A stretch of DNA of 64,000 bases. Origin: Selaginella moellendorffii (taxonomy: Eukaryota; Plantae; Lycopodiophyta). The position numbers and the translations under genes were made by a program. Below, in pieces: positions 35,800 to 47,467 of this stretch. A model generated the notes under the pieces. The model ran no database searches and was not told where the DNA came from. It saw only the letters and a program-made list of their open reading frames with translations. The stretch covers positions 972,654 through 1,036,653 of the forward strand of contig NW_003314308.1 in the NCBI RefSeq assembly GCF_000143415.4. The letters run 5' to 3'. Numbering within the stretch: position 1 is the stretch's first letter; every line of letters starts with the position of its first letter.

Positions 35800-36420
35800 A
35801 AAATCCAAGAATTGAATTCGTCCAGTATTAAACTCCTTAACCAGATGGACTGTTGCTCCTTCTGAGGCCACCGGGATTTGCCAGTGACTCGACTTGAGGT
35901 TCAAGCTGGTTCTTCCAAGTTCTTGTGAGTCGAGTAGTAAACAACGTGGATAGCCTTCTCCCCGTGGGAACCAGATCCAGCGGTCCAATTCCATTCATTG
36001 AGACGAAAGTATCCTTGTCTATCAGGGTTCACGCCCGTGAGATCCTGGGGACGACGTACTTTTGGAGCTTCTCATCCGGAGAAGCGAGTATACTTCCCAT
36101 GTAAACTTCCGGAGAAAGGATCCCATCCACGAAGACCAGCCTGATGTTCTCTTCTTCTTTGTCTTCCATGCCCTCAAAGATCATCTCCACCTGTCACCAG
36201 CGGCAGGATCTCTGAATCCTTGAGAAACTTCACGTTTGTGACTTCGTCTTTGCTGCTAGGCCACTTACACGTAACCGCGACCTCGGCCGATCCATCCCGC
36301 AAGGCTTTCGAGACGAGATTGGTCCTCCTCTCCTCCCCAGCACCCTTGCTCGCGCTGTCCTCCAGCTTCTCTGCGAGCTCTAGAAGAGCCTGCTCTCCGA
36401 GGAGCAGTAATCCGGCCTCT
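35800..36420 (-). pseudogene. SufD: 5' fragment of plastid Fe-S assembly factor SufD (ABCI7/NAP6-like)
   Basis: Minus strand gives LRDGSAEVAVTCKWPSSKDE-VTNVKFLKDSEILP, EENIRLVFVDGILSP, VYMGSI and DTFVSMNGIGPLDL, interrupted by deletions and frameshifts. Confidence 0.65.
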
Positions 36421-37123
36421 CGATCTGCTCTGCCATGGGCGCCTTCCTGGACCGGAAGGTTAGGTGCTGAAGGAAGGCAAGTTCATCTGAAATCCAGGCC
36501 TGCAAAGGGAATTCTGTTTGAGAATATTCTCCGTGAAGAACCCCGGTTCTGCCTCGTCGTGGAAGCTATTGACCTGCTTCTAGATGCGTCGTCTTCAAAT
36601 GTAAGCTCGTAGATCTAGCGCTCCCTCAGGCGAGCTCTCTTACAGGATGTGGATCGCGAGGGCCAATGATCCAGAGATGCTTGCCAAGCGGAAGAACGCT
36701 GTGTCAGTGGCGCCAAGCAGGCCTCAAAAGGAAGAGATTGCTCCTTCCAAGGCAGAGCGCGACGAGGTTAGAAATTCTAGTCGCGTTTTCTTTTCCTCAC
36801 ATCACGTATGGATTTAATCGGCGGCGAAGGATCTCCAGAAGAAGAGCATGAAGCTCGACGAGTTCCCGGAGGTGTCGGTGCTAGTTGGCTTCTCAAGGGT
36901 GCTCAAGAGCGTGCAGCACGAGAAGGAGCGAATCTTCCAGATCCTAAGTGTTTTCTCTTCCATTTTTCTCTTTACTTCTCGTGGCTTACGAATCGAGGGG
37001 ATACAGTGATCGATGCGTATCGTTTGATGCAAAGTAACAAGCGAGCGGCACATTCCAACGCACATCTCCATGCTATTCGCGACAGAAAACGTTAAGTACG
37101 AGCAGGAACAGGAGGCCGGACGC

Positions 37124-37864
37124 TCAGAGAATGAGCCTGCGAAACAAGATTCTCTGTCTGCGAGGGAAGGTTCTCGGTCTGCGAGGGAAGGTTCTCGGAT
37201 GAGAGCTGTGAGGTTCTCGGTCCTCTGTGGCAATGGGATTCCCTTGCCAAGACTGATGTGGTCTGACGCGACCACTCAGTTGGATGTTGTTGCCAAAACT
37301 TTGCGGGACTTGAGCTTGAGCTTGTCTCATCTGTAATTGCTGCTGCTGCTGCTGCTGAAGTTGTTGTTGCTGTGGTTGCTGCTGCTGGATGTGCTCCTGC
37401 TGGATTTGCTGGGGCTGCTGCTGGAGCCCTGGCTGCTGAGGACCCATGAGAGACGAAGTCCCAGAAACAATCTGAGAAGCATCCGACGGATTTGGCGGGG
37501 GAGCGTTGCTGTTGTTCTGGGACGACTTATGCTCTAGCGAGAGAATCTTCACGGATATCCTCCGGACATAGTCTTGCTGAACAAGGGAAAAAGAAACTTT
37601 TCTATCATCGATCCGATCAGGGGAGCGAGGAGAAACTTGCCTGATCCGTCGCCGTCATGTAAACCCTCTCCTCGAAGCGGCATGCGATCTTGAGCAGCTC
37701 GTTCATGGGCAGATTGTGTGGCATATGCTTCTGGAGCGTGTCCATTCTGCCGATTACCAGAGACAAGGCCATTAGGATCAATCCAGAGAGCTAGAGGAGA
37801 GCTCTTACATTCTCTCGACGACCTTATTCCGCGCATCGGAGCATAGGCCACTGCGCCAATCCAT
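37124..37864 (-). CDS. Truncated MED15 paralog: intact KIX domain, short poly-Q and novel tail (~204 aa)
   Basis: ATG and both introns are retained, and indels in the KIX exons are in frame. Homology to MED15 ends at GNPIA (~37229), followed by a read-through tail TEDREPHSSHPRTFPRRPRTFPRR..LIL*. Confidence 0.55.
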
Positions 37865-37929
37865 TGCCCTCGTCTTCTAAAACCCTAGCTAGCTCGCTCG
37901 CTCCTCCTAGTTGAATAAAATAATGGGAT

Positions 37930-38425
37930 GTCAACGCCCACCAGTGCACCTGGACGAAGACGTTCGCAGCAAGTGGCGCATCGTTCCTGCGCCGGCGCTA
38001 CGAAAAAAATAGTTTTTTAGAGCCTGCGCAACTCATCAACTTCTCTTGAGCTTTGGTATAATACCCGAAGAAACTTGCCTGTGCACGAGTGGAAAATCCA
38101 TCAGAACCGGATCACAAGAGCTCAGGTACTTGCATTCTCCTGCTCGGATTAGGGCCAATGTGTCGAGAGAGGAACGTACTTATACCAATGCCTTGACACC
38201 TGATTGTGATGCTCACATCGCGACTTCTTGTTTCGCCTGGGAGTTCCACATGTTGACATTTCATGCCAGATACGTTGGGAATCTTTGAGCAACTAGGCAG
38301 AGCTAAAGATCGTAGTGATGTGATAAAATCTCCAAGGAGAGACTGGACTTGAGGTGCAAATGCTTCTGCTAAGTCTTCAAGAAAGGAGTGGACTGTGCTT
38401 GTTAAGTTAGTGTGGAAGATGGTTG
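37930..38425. pseudogene. COQ4 3' remnant and COM1 3' remnant (block copy B)
   Basis: cacctggacgaagacgttcgcagcaagtgg..ctacgaaaaaaatag is the COQ4 end, followed by COM1-derived sequence as at 34200-34570. Confidence 0.8.
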
Positions 38426-38599
38426 AGATGACTCTTTCAATTTTGGCATACACTTGATTTTTCATTTTGCATATTGATGCTTTTAATATTAGTTTTAATG
38501 GTATTTTGATGCAAGTGTGCGTAGTTAGTTTCCATCCCATCAACTGAACATTACAATTAGTAAAGGTAAATTATTTCATAAAAGAGGACAATAATTTAG

Positions 38600-39740
38600 G
38601 GTTTCAAGAAGCTTCATAAATATTTGCATGGTTTTTGGACATTATTAAAAGGTGATTATGCTATGGTTACTTTATTATTAATGTAGAATAACTTGGTTAG
38701 TTGTACTGCTCAATAAGCTCTAAAACTTCAAATATATAATTTCAAAGTATTCATCATTTAGAAAGTATTATGATTGATGTTGATGCTTTTTCTTAAGCTC
38801 ATTTCCCTCTTTCACTCTCTTCTCATATTCCTAATGAGTTTATTATTTTAGCATCTATGGATTTTCTAGATGAGAATTCAATGCAATCAACAATTGTTAT
38901 ACTTGATTAAGTGTCCATAAAATGTGGAATAAAATTTATCTTCTATTGATAAGGTTCATGAGGCTTAAAAGGTTAAGCAGTGAATCCAAACGCTTCATAA
39001 TGGGTTTAAGAATTTCACATCATTTACTAATGCTATTTTAGCATTTACAATTTCAATATCATCTTGAAGATGACTTTCTTTATTTTGTGGAGATGGATTC
39101 TAATGATTATTACGACTAATGGTGCCTTCAATATTTATTCCACTCTTTCTCCACACTTACCATTATACTCCTATTCTAGGTAAACATATAAGATATTGTT
39201 GTATAATTGAAAAGTTGTGTACATGTTTTTATTGGCCTGAGATATGATATGATGTTATCTAATATATGTGTAATTGCATTTGGTACTAAGCTCATAAGGC
39301 TCCCCCTTCTATTGTAAAAGGACAATTAGAGTCAATTCTAATTTCTCGTTTATTTAAGTTGGTGACATTTGACTTGATGGAGCCTTTTCTATAGTTTATT
39401 GTTAGCAATAAGTATATCATTATTACTTATAACTATTTGACTCAATGGGTGGAAGTTAGTGCTTTTGCTCTCTCAAATAATAGTCCCATATTTATGGTCA
39501 AGTCATTTCACATTTTAACATCTTAATTGAGGAAATGCCATACTTTTATAAATGTTTATCATTTACAAATAGATAGTTTAGTGAAATGGCTTATTTGGAC
39601 CTTCAAATGGATAATTGCAAAGTATGTGAACTTTCAACATTCAAATTAGGATGGTTATTTGTCATTTTTTTTGTATGTATATGTCACAAGGGTATAAAGT
39701 TTTATTAGTGATTCACCATATAAAATTTTATATAACTATG
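38600..39740 (+). mobile_element. Ty3/Gypsy pol remnant (RNase H plus integrase)
   Basis: KLHKYLHG..GDYAMV..ALKLQIYNF (RNase H); VPSIFIPLFLHTYH..KH..FYWPEIxYDVIxYMCNC; FKLVTFDLMEP..NKYIIITYNYLTQWVEV; YHLQIDSLVK..SPYKIL (integrase). Many stops. Confidence 0.85.
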
Positions 39741-40959
39741 ATCCAATACTACTAACAGAGTTGAGTTTACCTTCGCAATTGCCACAAACTATCAATATTA
39801 GGTCTTGATATTAATATTTGATGAACATTCTTCCACTAATTCAAGTGGAGTTTAATAAATATTTAGTCTATGTATAAGTGGGACAATAATAATGTTATAA
39901 CTCCTATCATCATCTATATTCAAAATAAAAAATAGATGGTTTGGTATTATTTCATTTTTTAAATCTTATAGTATATAGTTTGTTTAAATGGTTTTTTGCT
40001 CAATGGAAGGGACTGTATCAAATATTGTGGCAACTTAGACCACAAATTTATAAAATTTAGTATGACATTCAACAAACCCATCCTCCAAATATTATGCATG
40101 TGCAATGACTAAAAAGCTAAATTTGAGGTACAATAACTTGAAATTGCAAATCCATCAACTTCGGTAAAGCATGCAATTATAGAAGCTTAAGACATGCTAA
40201 ATTCAAAGTACAATAACTTGAAAATGCAAATTCACTAACAAACAGTAGTAAGATCTAATTGGTGAATGAAAGATTTATCCTTAAACAATTTAAAAGATCA
40301 ACAATGTAAGGAAGAAAATACACATTCAGGATAGTTATTTTATTTAACAGTTGATAATCAATGTAGAAGTGAATATTCCCATCAGATTCTGTTACAAGAC
40401 AAGGTTCACACACTTACAACTATTTGAATTAGTGATGCAATTTAGCATTTATTTCTAGAGTTTCTTGTTTTGTGCAGAGTTAAATATATTAAAGTGGATC
40501 AAGTTAAAAATGTTGTTTTGTCAAGATTTTATGAAACTTTTGTATACATTTGCTTTAGCCACCTTTAATTATACTTTTCGATTGACACAACATTATGAAA
40601 TATCATTTTTGCTACACATTCTTCAATTCCACTTTTTTTGGGAGATGATCCTGTTTTAATAGAAGTTAATGTTATCATTACTTGTGTTCAAAGACAAAGG
40701 TGAGGACATAATTGTAGCTGTGATATTTGTTATTAGGTATATAATGAAGTTGATTAAAATCTTCCATTTCTTGCTTGGAAGCCTTGGCATCAACAATGTC
40801 TTGTTAATGTTGTTGTGGTGGGAGGTTTTACTATAGAGATTCTTTTGGGAAACAAGAAATTATATAAATAATAGAGAGTTTTTGTATGAACAAGTCATTG
40901 GCCTTTCCATCCTTCTTTTAAGAGCACTATCAAGGGGTTCACTCAACACTAGTTTATTT

Positions 40960-41600
40960 AGTGTTTATTTTCAAAGATTTTTATAACAAGAAGTTTATTA
41001 TTTTCTTTATGTTAATTGATATAACCTTGAGTTTATCTTATATTGCTTCATCTGTTGCCACATATTGCTGTTTATATTTGCATTGTGTAGTAAAGTTAAT
41101 TTTCATTCTCTATGGCAATGGTTGTATATATGTATATACACAAAATGATGTGAATTTAGTTATGTGTATTCTGTGCATATGCATGTGTACAGGTGATTTT
41201 GAGTTTGAGATTTAATCTTTGCAAGTGGTGCTAAATTAAGATTTTGACCTCATCTTTGGTATGGATTAGCTATAATGCAATCATGCCAAATGGGACTTTG
41301 AGATTTCTCCTACTTATTTCATACTTCTTTATCATTTTTTTATTTCTCTTATTTCTATTTTACTCTGTCCTTTAGTTTCAACCTTAGTTTCGATCACTTT
41401 TATTTCCTGATTACTTTCTACTATGTTTCCATCTTACTCCTCTATTTCCACTTTAGATCCCTCCAATGGTATTTGTGTTGTAGTGTTTAACTAACTCATG
41501 AAGAAGCATGCTGATCTTTTTGACCTTGATTTATCATTTGGGGCTAAGATTAGAGTATGTCATCTTATTCCAATTAGGGATGTTTATTGAATGAAAGTTT
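40960..41600 (+). mobile_element. Ty3/Gypsy aspartic protease and pre-RT remnant
   Basis: FMLIDITLSLSYIASSVA (degenerate LiDsGas.sfI), DFDLIFGMDxL..HAKWDF, and LMKKHADLF..VCHLIP. Confidence 0.65.
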
Positions 41601-41689
41601 TTATTTAGCATTGGTTACCAAAAAATATCAAAATTTTATTCACAAATGGTAAGGAAATATTGAAGAGCAATGTTATCTGAAAGTTGTGA

Positions 41690-42360
41690 AATCCTTGCCT
41701 AATCCATTCCTATCATGTAAATCTTCTCCTTGAAGTAGAATGAAAGCTCATTCATGCCATTGGGTGGATTGTGTGGCATATGGTTCTGGAGCGTGTCCAT
41801 TCTGCCGAACCAAAGAGAAGGCTATGAGGATTGAGAGCTAGAGGTGAGCTTTTACATTCTCTTGACAATCCTATTCCGCAGATCGGAGCACAGGCCACTG
41901 CGCCAATCCATTTCTCACAAACTCTAGCTAGCTCTGTTCAAAATTTGAAAAAATAATGTGGAATGTTCTTTACATCTACAGAATCTGGTCAAGTATACAG
42001 AGTATGGGGTTCCTCTCAACTGGTTCTTTCTATCCATCTCCAAGCAATTCCTTGGTTCCAAGCAGGGAATTCTCGCGGAGCGTCCCAGAGTGACATCGTC
42101 GGCAATGTCTCGCGCCTGGGATCTCCCACCCAATACCTTCGGCGCCGCCTACGCCCAGTTCATGGGATCCAGGAACTTCAGCCCCGACGATCGCCCTCCA
42201 GTTCGATTTCTAGAGTCCGAGCTATGCGAGCCCGGTGAGTTCACGACTTTTGGCACGTTTGGCCTCTTTGGCCTACCCACCAGCGCACCTGGACGAACAT
42301 CTGGAAGACGTTCGCAGCAAGTGGGGCATCATTCCTGCGCCGGCGCTACGAAAAAAATAG
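41690..42360. pseudogene. Block copy C: decayed MED15 5' exons (-) and internally deleted COQ4 (+)
   Basis: 41690-41912 matches 32995-33230 with many substitutions. 42005-42360 matches COQ4 but lacks the ATG, most of exon 1 and the middle of exon 2. Confidence 0.88.
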
Positions 42361-42512
42361 TTTTTCCGAGCCTCCGCAACTCGTCAACTTCGCCCAAGCT
42401 CCAGTGAGCCTCTTGAGCTTTGGTATAATAGCCGAAGAAACTTGCCTGTGCACGAGTGGAAAAGCCATTAGAACCGGATCACAAGAGCTCAGGTACTTAC
42501 ATCCTGCTCGGA

Positions 42513-43874
42513 TCAGGTCTCTGAGAAGCCAATGTTCCAGAAGCCTTCCGGTGTCGAGGGAGGAACGTGTTTATACCGATGCCTTGACACCTGATTGTGA
42601 TGCTCACACCGCGAATTCCCGTTGCCATCGCCTGGGAGTTCCACTGCGTCGTAGAACTTCTTGCACTGCTTGCATTCCACGCCTTTGAGTGCTTCCCTGT
42701 CGGCCTTCTTCCGCACCGGCTCGTTGAACTTGTACTTTGGCAGCTGAGCACCCGACTTACCAGGCGCAATCCACTCCTTTCCTGGAGACTTAGCAGCATT
42801 CGCGCCTCTACTAGTCCAGTCTCTCCCTGGAGATTTTAGTGTCTCCACCGCATCACTATGATCTTCAGCTCCGCCTGGTTGCTCGATGTGGTTCTCCCAC
42901 TCGATTCCCAACGTATCCGGCACGAAATGGACTGTTTCTTCAGCACGCGGCTTCGATTTCTCAGCCGCGATTTTCTTCATGGCGATCTCTTGAGGTGTGT
43001 TCAGGAAATCATCGTGAGGATCTCTGCCACCATCGTTTTCGGCTCTGGTGCTCCTCCACTTGTCCTTAGAACTGGAGGTGGTGAAGAAGTCTTTGAGCGT
43101 GCCTTTTTGCTTCCTTCTATCCGCGATGGGAGTTGCATCCTTCTTGTACCCGAAAACCTCAATCCTTGCTTCTGTTTTAGCTTCAACGACCAAGCCTTCT
43201 TTTTCCTTGCGAGCATCGCTAACTCTTCCAGGTCCTGATGCTACTGCCTCATTCTCCTTGCTACCACCAATCCCAGATAATAGCAGTTCCTTGTTATGCC
43301 CACCCGAGAATTCCTTCTGGTGGCCTGTCATTTCCTTCTCTTTGGACCGGAGACTCTCGATCCCAGATGCCACTGCTTGCTGGCGAAGCATCGAATCGTA
43401 CTTCATTTTCAAGCTACTGTACCTCGAATTCATGCTGCGGAACGCCACTCTCTTGGTCTCCTGATCCTCCAGAAGCTCGTCACGCTTCCTCTTCAAGCTT
43501 CTCACTTTGGCATCCAGATCCCTATTTTCCTGCTCAAGCTTCGCCACGGCAGCATCCCTCTCGGCCACAAGAGCCTCCTTCTCCCGCGCCAGGTCATCCC
43601 GCTCCGCCACAAGAATTTCCCTCTCCCGTTGCCATCGCCGCTCCGCCTCCTCCCAATCTCGCCTCAGATCCGCAGTCTCCGCCTCGTGCCGCTGGATTAT
43701 CGACTGCTGCCAAGCAGGGTAGAGATTCTGCGAGAACACGGCCTCTAGATGCTCAATGTGCTCCTTCGTCTGGCAGATCGAGGCCAGAAACAAGGTACAC
43801 ATGCGTTCCAGGTGCTTACCCTCAGCGCCGTGCTCTTCATCCGGCGCCATCGCTGCGCCAGAGCAAGCCGCCAT
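42513..43874 (-). CDS. COM1: COM1/SAE2/CtIP homolog (GAMMA RESPONSE 1), DNA end-resection factor, intronless
   Basis: N-terminal coiled coil; C-terminal KYKFNEPVRKKADREALKGVECKQCKKFYDAV..SRHRYKHVPPSTPEGFWNIGF (CxxC and RHR motifs). Confidence 0.95.
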   Translation of the reverse strand: MAACSGAAMAPDEEHGAEGKHLERMCTLFLASICQTKEHIEHLEAVFSQNLYPAWQQSIIQRHEAETADLRRDWEEAERRWQREREILVAERDDLAREKEALVAERDAAVAKLEQENRDLDAKVRSLKRKRDELLEDQETKRVAFRSMNSRYSSLKMKYDSMLRQQAVASGIESLRSKEKEMTGHQKEFSGGHNKELLLSGIGGSKENEAVASGPGRVSDARKEKEGLVVEAKTEARIEVFGYKKDATPIADRRKQKGTLKDFFTTSSSKDKWRSTRAENDGGRDPHDDFLNTPQEIAMKKIAAEKSKPRAEETVHFVPDTLGIEWENHIEQPGGAEDHSDAVETLKSPGRDWTSRGANAAKSPGKEWIAPGKSGAQLPKYKFNEPVRKKADREALKGVECKQCKKFYDAVELPGDGNGNSRCEHHNQVSRHRYKHVPPSTPEGFWNIGFSET

Positions 43875-44004
43875 AGCCTAGGGCTCCACTTTCCCTCCCG
43901 ATTTAAAACTTTGCCCTAAAAAGGTCGAGAGCTCGAATCCGGGGAATTTATGCAAACACATCATTCTTCCTGGAACGTCACTGCAAAGAGAGAAGAGAAT
44001 TTTC

Positions 44005-44871
44005 TTAGAATCGACCATAGCCCATGGATCCAAGTTTGAGCCTGTGCTGCAATACCCTAGCGGGAGGGACGCGATTCTTAGCCGCCTTGGCTTGCGATTT
44101 CTGCCACCATAGCTCGTCCTCGTAGCTATACTTCCCCTCGCTCTCGGGCAGCTTCGAGTTATGATCGCCCTTGGACGAAGAAGAATTCTCGGCAGCAGAT
44201 CTAAATGGCTGGAGCTCAGGCACAGGGCTCAAATTCTCCACCGCCGAGGTAGCAGCAGCTTCCGGAGAAAACGCTGGGTTCCAGGTGAGCGCATTGTGCT
44301 CGGGAGGAGAGAATCCAAGAGAGCTTGGCGGCCAGAGTCCCGGATTGAAATCCCCCAGCGGCGGCCATGGATTTCGCCCGAATTGCGGGTGCCACAGCGG
44401 AGGATCCAGGCCCCCAAATGGCCGCCTGGATGGATCATCCATGGCAGCCGCGTCGATCTTGCCGAGATGCATCTTGAGGAGGCGGAGCTCCTGGGCCAGG
44501 GCGTCGCGCTCTCTCATCAATCCCTGCTTCTCCTGGAGCCATAGCTTCTCGGCGCTGACCCTGGCCTGGAGGAGCCCTTGCTTCTCCTGGAACCACATTT
44601 GCTCCGCGATCTTCCTCTCCTGCATCATCGCGTGCCTCTCCTGGAGCCACTTCTGGAGCGATTCCTGGTGCGCCAGCCGCAGCGCCGCCAGCGCCGCCTC
44701 CGATTCCTTGACAAACGCCGGGTAGACCCGGCTGGAGAACAGCATCTCCAGGTGCTCCATCTGCTTCTTCGTCTGCGCCATGGATGCGTAGAAGAGACTA
44801 TACATCCCACCGAGCTTGTGCGCGACGCCTCCATCCCCGTCGCCCCTGAAACCATCGGACACATCCGCCAT
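44005..44871 (-). CDS. COM1-related paralog keeping the N-terminal/coiled-coil region but lacking the CxxC/RHR domain
   Basis: HKLGGMYSLFYASMAQTKKQMEHLEMLFSSRVYPAF aligns with KHLERMCTLFLASICQTKEHIEHLEAVFSQNLYPAW of the adjacent gene. Open for ~288 codons. Confidence 0.7.
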   Translation of the reverse strand: MADVSDGFRGDGDGGVAHKLGGMYSLFYASMAQTKKQMEHLEMLFSSRVYPAFVKESEAALAALRLAHQESLQKWLQERHAMMQERKIAEQMWFQEKQGLLQARVSAEKLWLQEKQGLMRERDALAQELRLLKMHLGKIDAAAMDDPSRRPFGGLDPPLWHPQFGRNPWPPLGDFNPGLWPPSSLGFSPPEHNALTWNPAFSPEAAATSAVENLSPVPELQPFRSAAENSSSSKGDHNSKLPESEGKYSYEDELWWQKSQAKAAKNRVPPARVLQHRLKLGSMGYGRF

Positions 44872-44984
44872 CGCCACAACGAACTCTGAAGAACCCTAGC
44901 AATCCAAATTCCCGCCAAAAGAGAGGATATTCTGGTTTAAATCGCGTCTCAGGCTCGATTCCTGGGACACGCACTTCTTCGCTA

Positions 44985-46674
44985 TCATTGTGTCACTTCC
45001 AGGAGCCTCTTCGTCTCATCGTCACCCGAAACTTTGTTCCTCGCCATTCTCCCGAGGAAGAAGGGGCCGGGCGAGACCTTGGCTTCCACGTACACCTTGA
45101 GGAGCGCGTTGTAGAGCTTGGCGTCGCCATAGAGACCAAACAAGCTCATGAGCTTCTCGGCCCCCTCGACGTCCCTCTTGCTCGCAAACACCGGCATCAT
45201 CCCCAGCACCATCTCATAGTCCGGCTCGATCCTCTTGTCCACAACGTACTCCATCCCTTCCCGGAGCTTCTCCAGAGCTTTCTCCGGCTCGTCCCTCGCA
45301 AGGTAGCCCGATACCAGATGGTTGAAGGGAGCAAACCACGGGAATGAGAGCTCCAGCCTCAGCTTCTTCATCGTCAGCTCGGCCTTCTCCATCATCCCGT
45401 GCTTGGCGTAAACTCCGATCATCGCGCAGTATGGCTTCTGGATGGCCTTCTTCCGCGTCTTGAGCACCTGGTTGAGTACGTCCTCGGCTCTAGAGATCTT
45501 CCCGAGAATCCCAAACGCGTTGATGGCCGCTACAAATCTCCCTGCTAGAGTCCAGCTCTCTTTGTGGATCATGCTCCACAGCTTCTCGACCATGTCCGGC
45601 TTTCCCAAGTAGGCGTACACCACCATCATGTCCGACCGTGTGGCGTTCCTCACTTTCTCGTCGTGAACATCTATCTTCTTGAGCGCTGCCTCGGCTGCTT
45701 CTTCGAGACCATCGATCGCCCCGATCCTGTTCCGGTACTTGAAGAGCAGGAGATACGTGAGAGGATTCGGTTGCCCGCCGGAAGCCACTAGATCTTGGTA
45801 GAGCTGCAAAACTTCGCGGTGCCTGTTCCTCCGGAGGAAGAGTATCATCATCACGTTGCAGGCCCTTGCGTTGTTGAGCTTGAGCGCTGTATGCCACGCC
45901 TCCGCCTTTAGCATCACATTACTCCTGGACATGGAGGCGATCAAGGCTGTCGAGACCTCCTCCGTCTTGAGCTCAGCAGGAACTCGGTCGTAAATTCGCT
46001 CGGCTTTGATAGGACTCGCGTAGCGGCACGTCAACTTTATCTGGAGTGCGTAGTCTCTGGGAGTGACTGTGAATGGCTTGTCATCAACAATCCAGTTGAT
46101 GATCTGCGCGGAGAAAAAAAGCAATCGATCACAAAAAAAACTTTTTTTTCTACGATCTCGTACCTGTAGTGCTCGGATCTGGCGCCGGATGTAGCACAGC
46201 TTGTGACAAATGCTGATGAGAGCTTCTTTCGACACCAGGTTTCCTCGAGAAATCCACGCGTGGATGATCTTGAGAGCCCGGGTCGGGCTCGCCTCCACCT
46301 TCTTCCACAGCCGATTGAACTGCTCAGGGTCCATCTCGTCGTCATCCATGGTCCGGAATTTCATCCGCATTATCGGATCATCGTCCAGCTCGTTCTTGAT
46401 TGCCGCCTTCTTCTTCACCTGCACGGCCTGCGAGAAATTCCGGGCAGCGAATCCACCCAGGTCCGACGCCGATGATTCACAGCTTCCCAATCCCACGCTC
46501 TTCGCCGCATTCAAGCAAGGAATCGTCGTGCCGGGAGATCCAAAGTGCCTGGCACAGCGCCCGGTGAGACGAGTTATCTGCATTCTAGCGCATTCCACCG
46601 CATTACCTCTGGATCGCTGCTTGCCGGCACGCCCGTAGCAATGCCCTCCCGATCACTGCTCGCCCAATGCCCAT
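44985..46674 (-). CDS. P-class pentatricopeptide repeat protein, likely mitochondrial, 3 exons
   Basis: Exon 1 MGIGRAVIGRALLRACRQAAIQR; introns 46549-46606 and 46104-46163; PPR motifs such as YCAMIGVYAKHGMMEKAE and YNALLKVYVEA. Confidence 0.88.
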
Positions 46675-46790
46675 GGAATGATCGATAAACCCTAACTCAT
46701 CCCAGCCGTTAAACTGCTCAACATATCCCTGCCGTTGATTCGCCTAGAACCCTAGGAGGGTCTCGCCCTAATCTTTGGAGGCGCTGCGCC

Positions 46791-47467
<677 letters not shown>

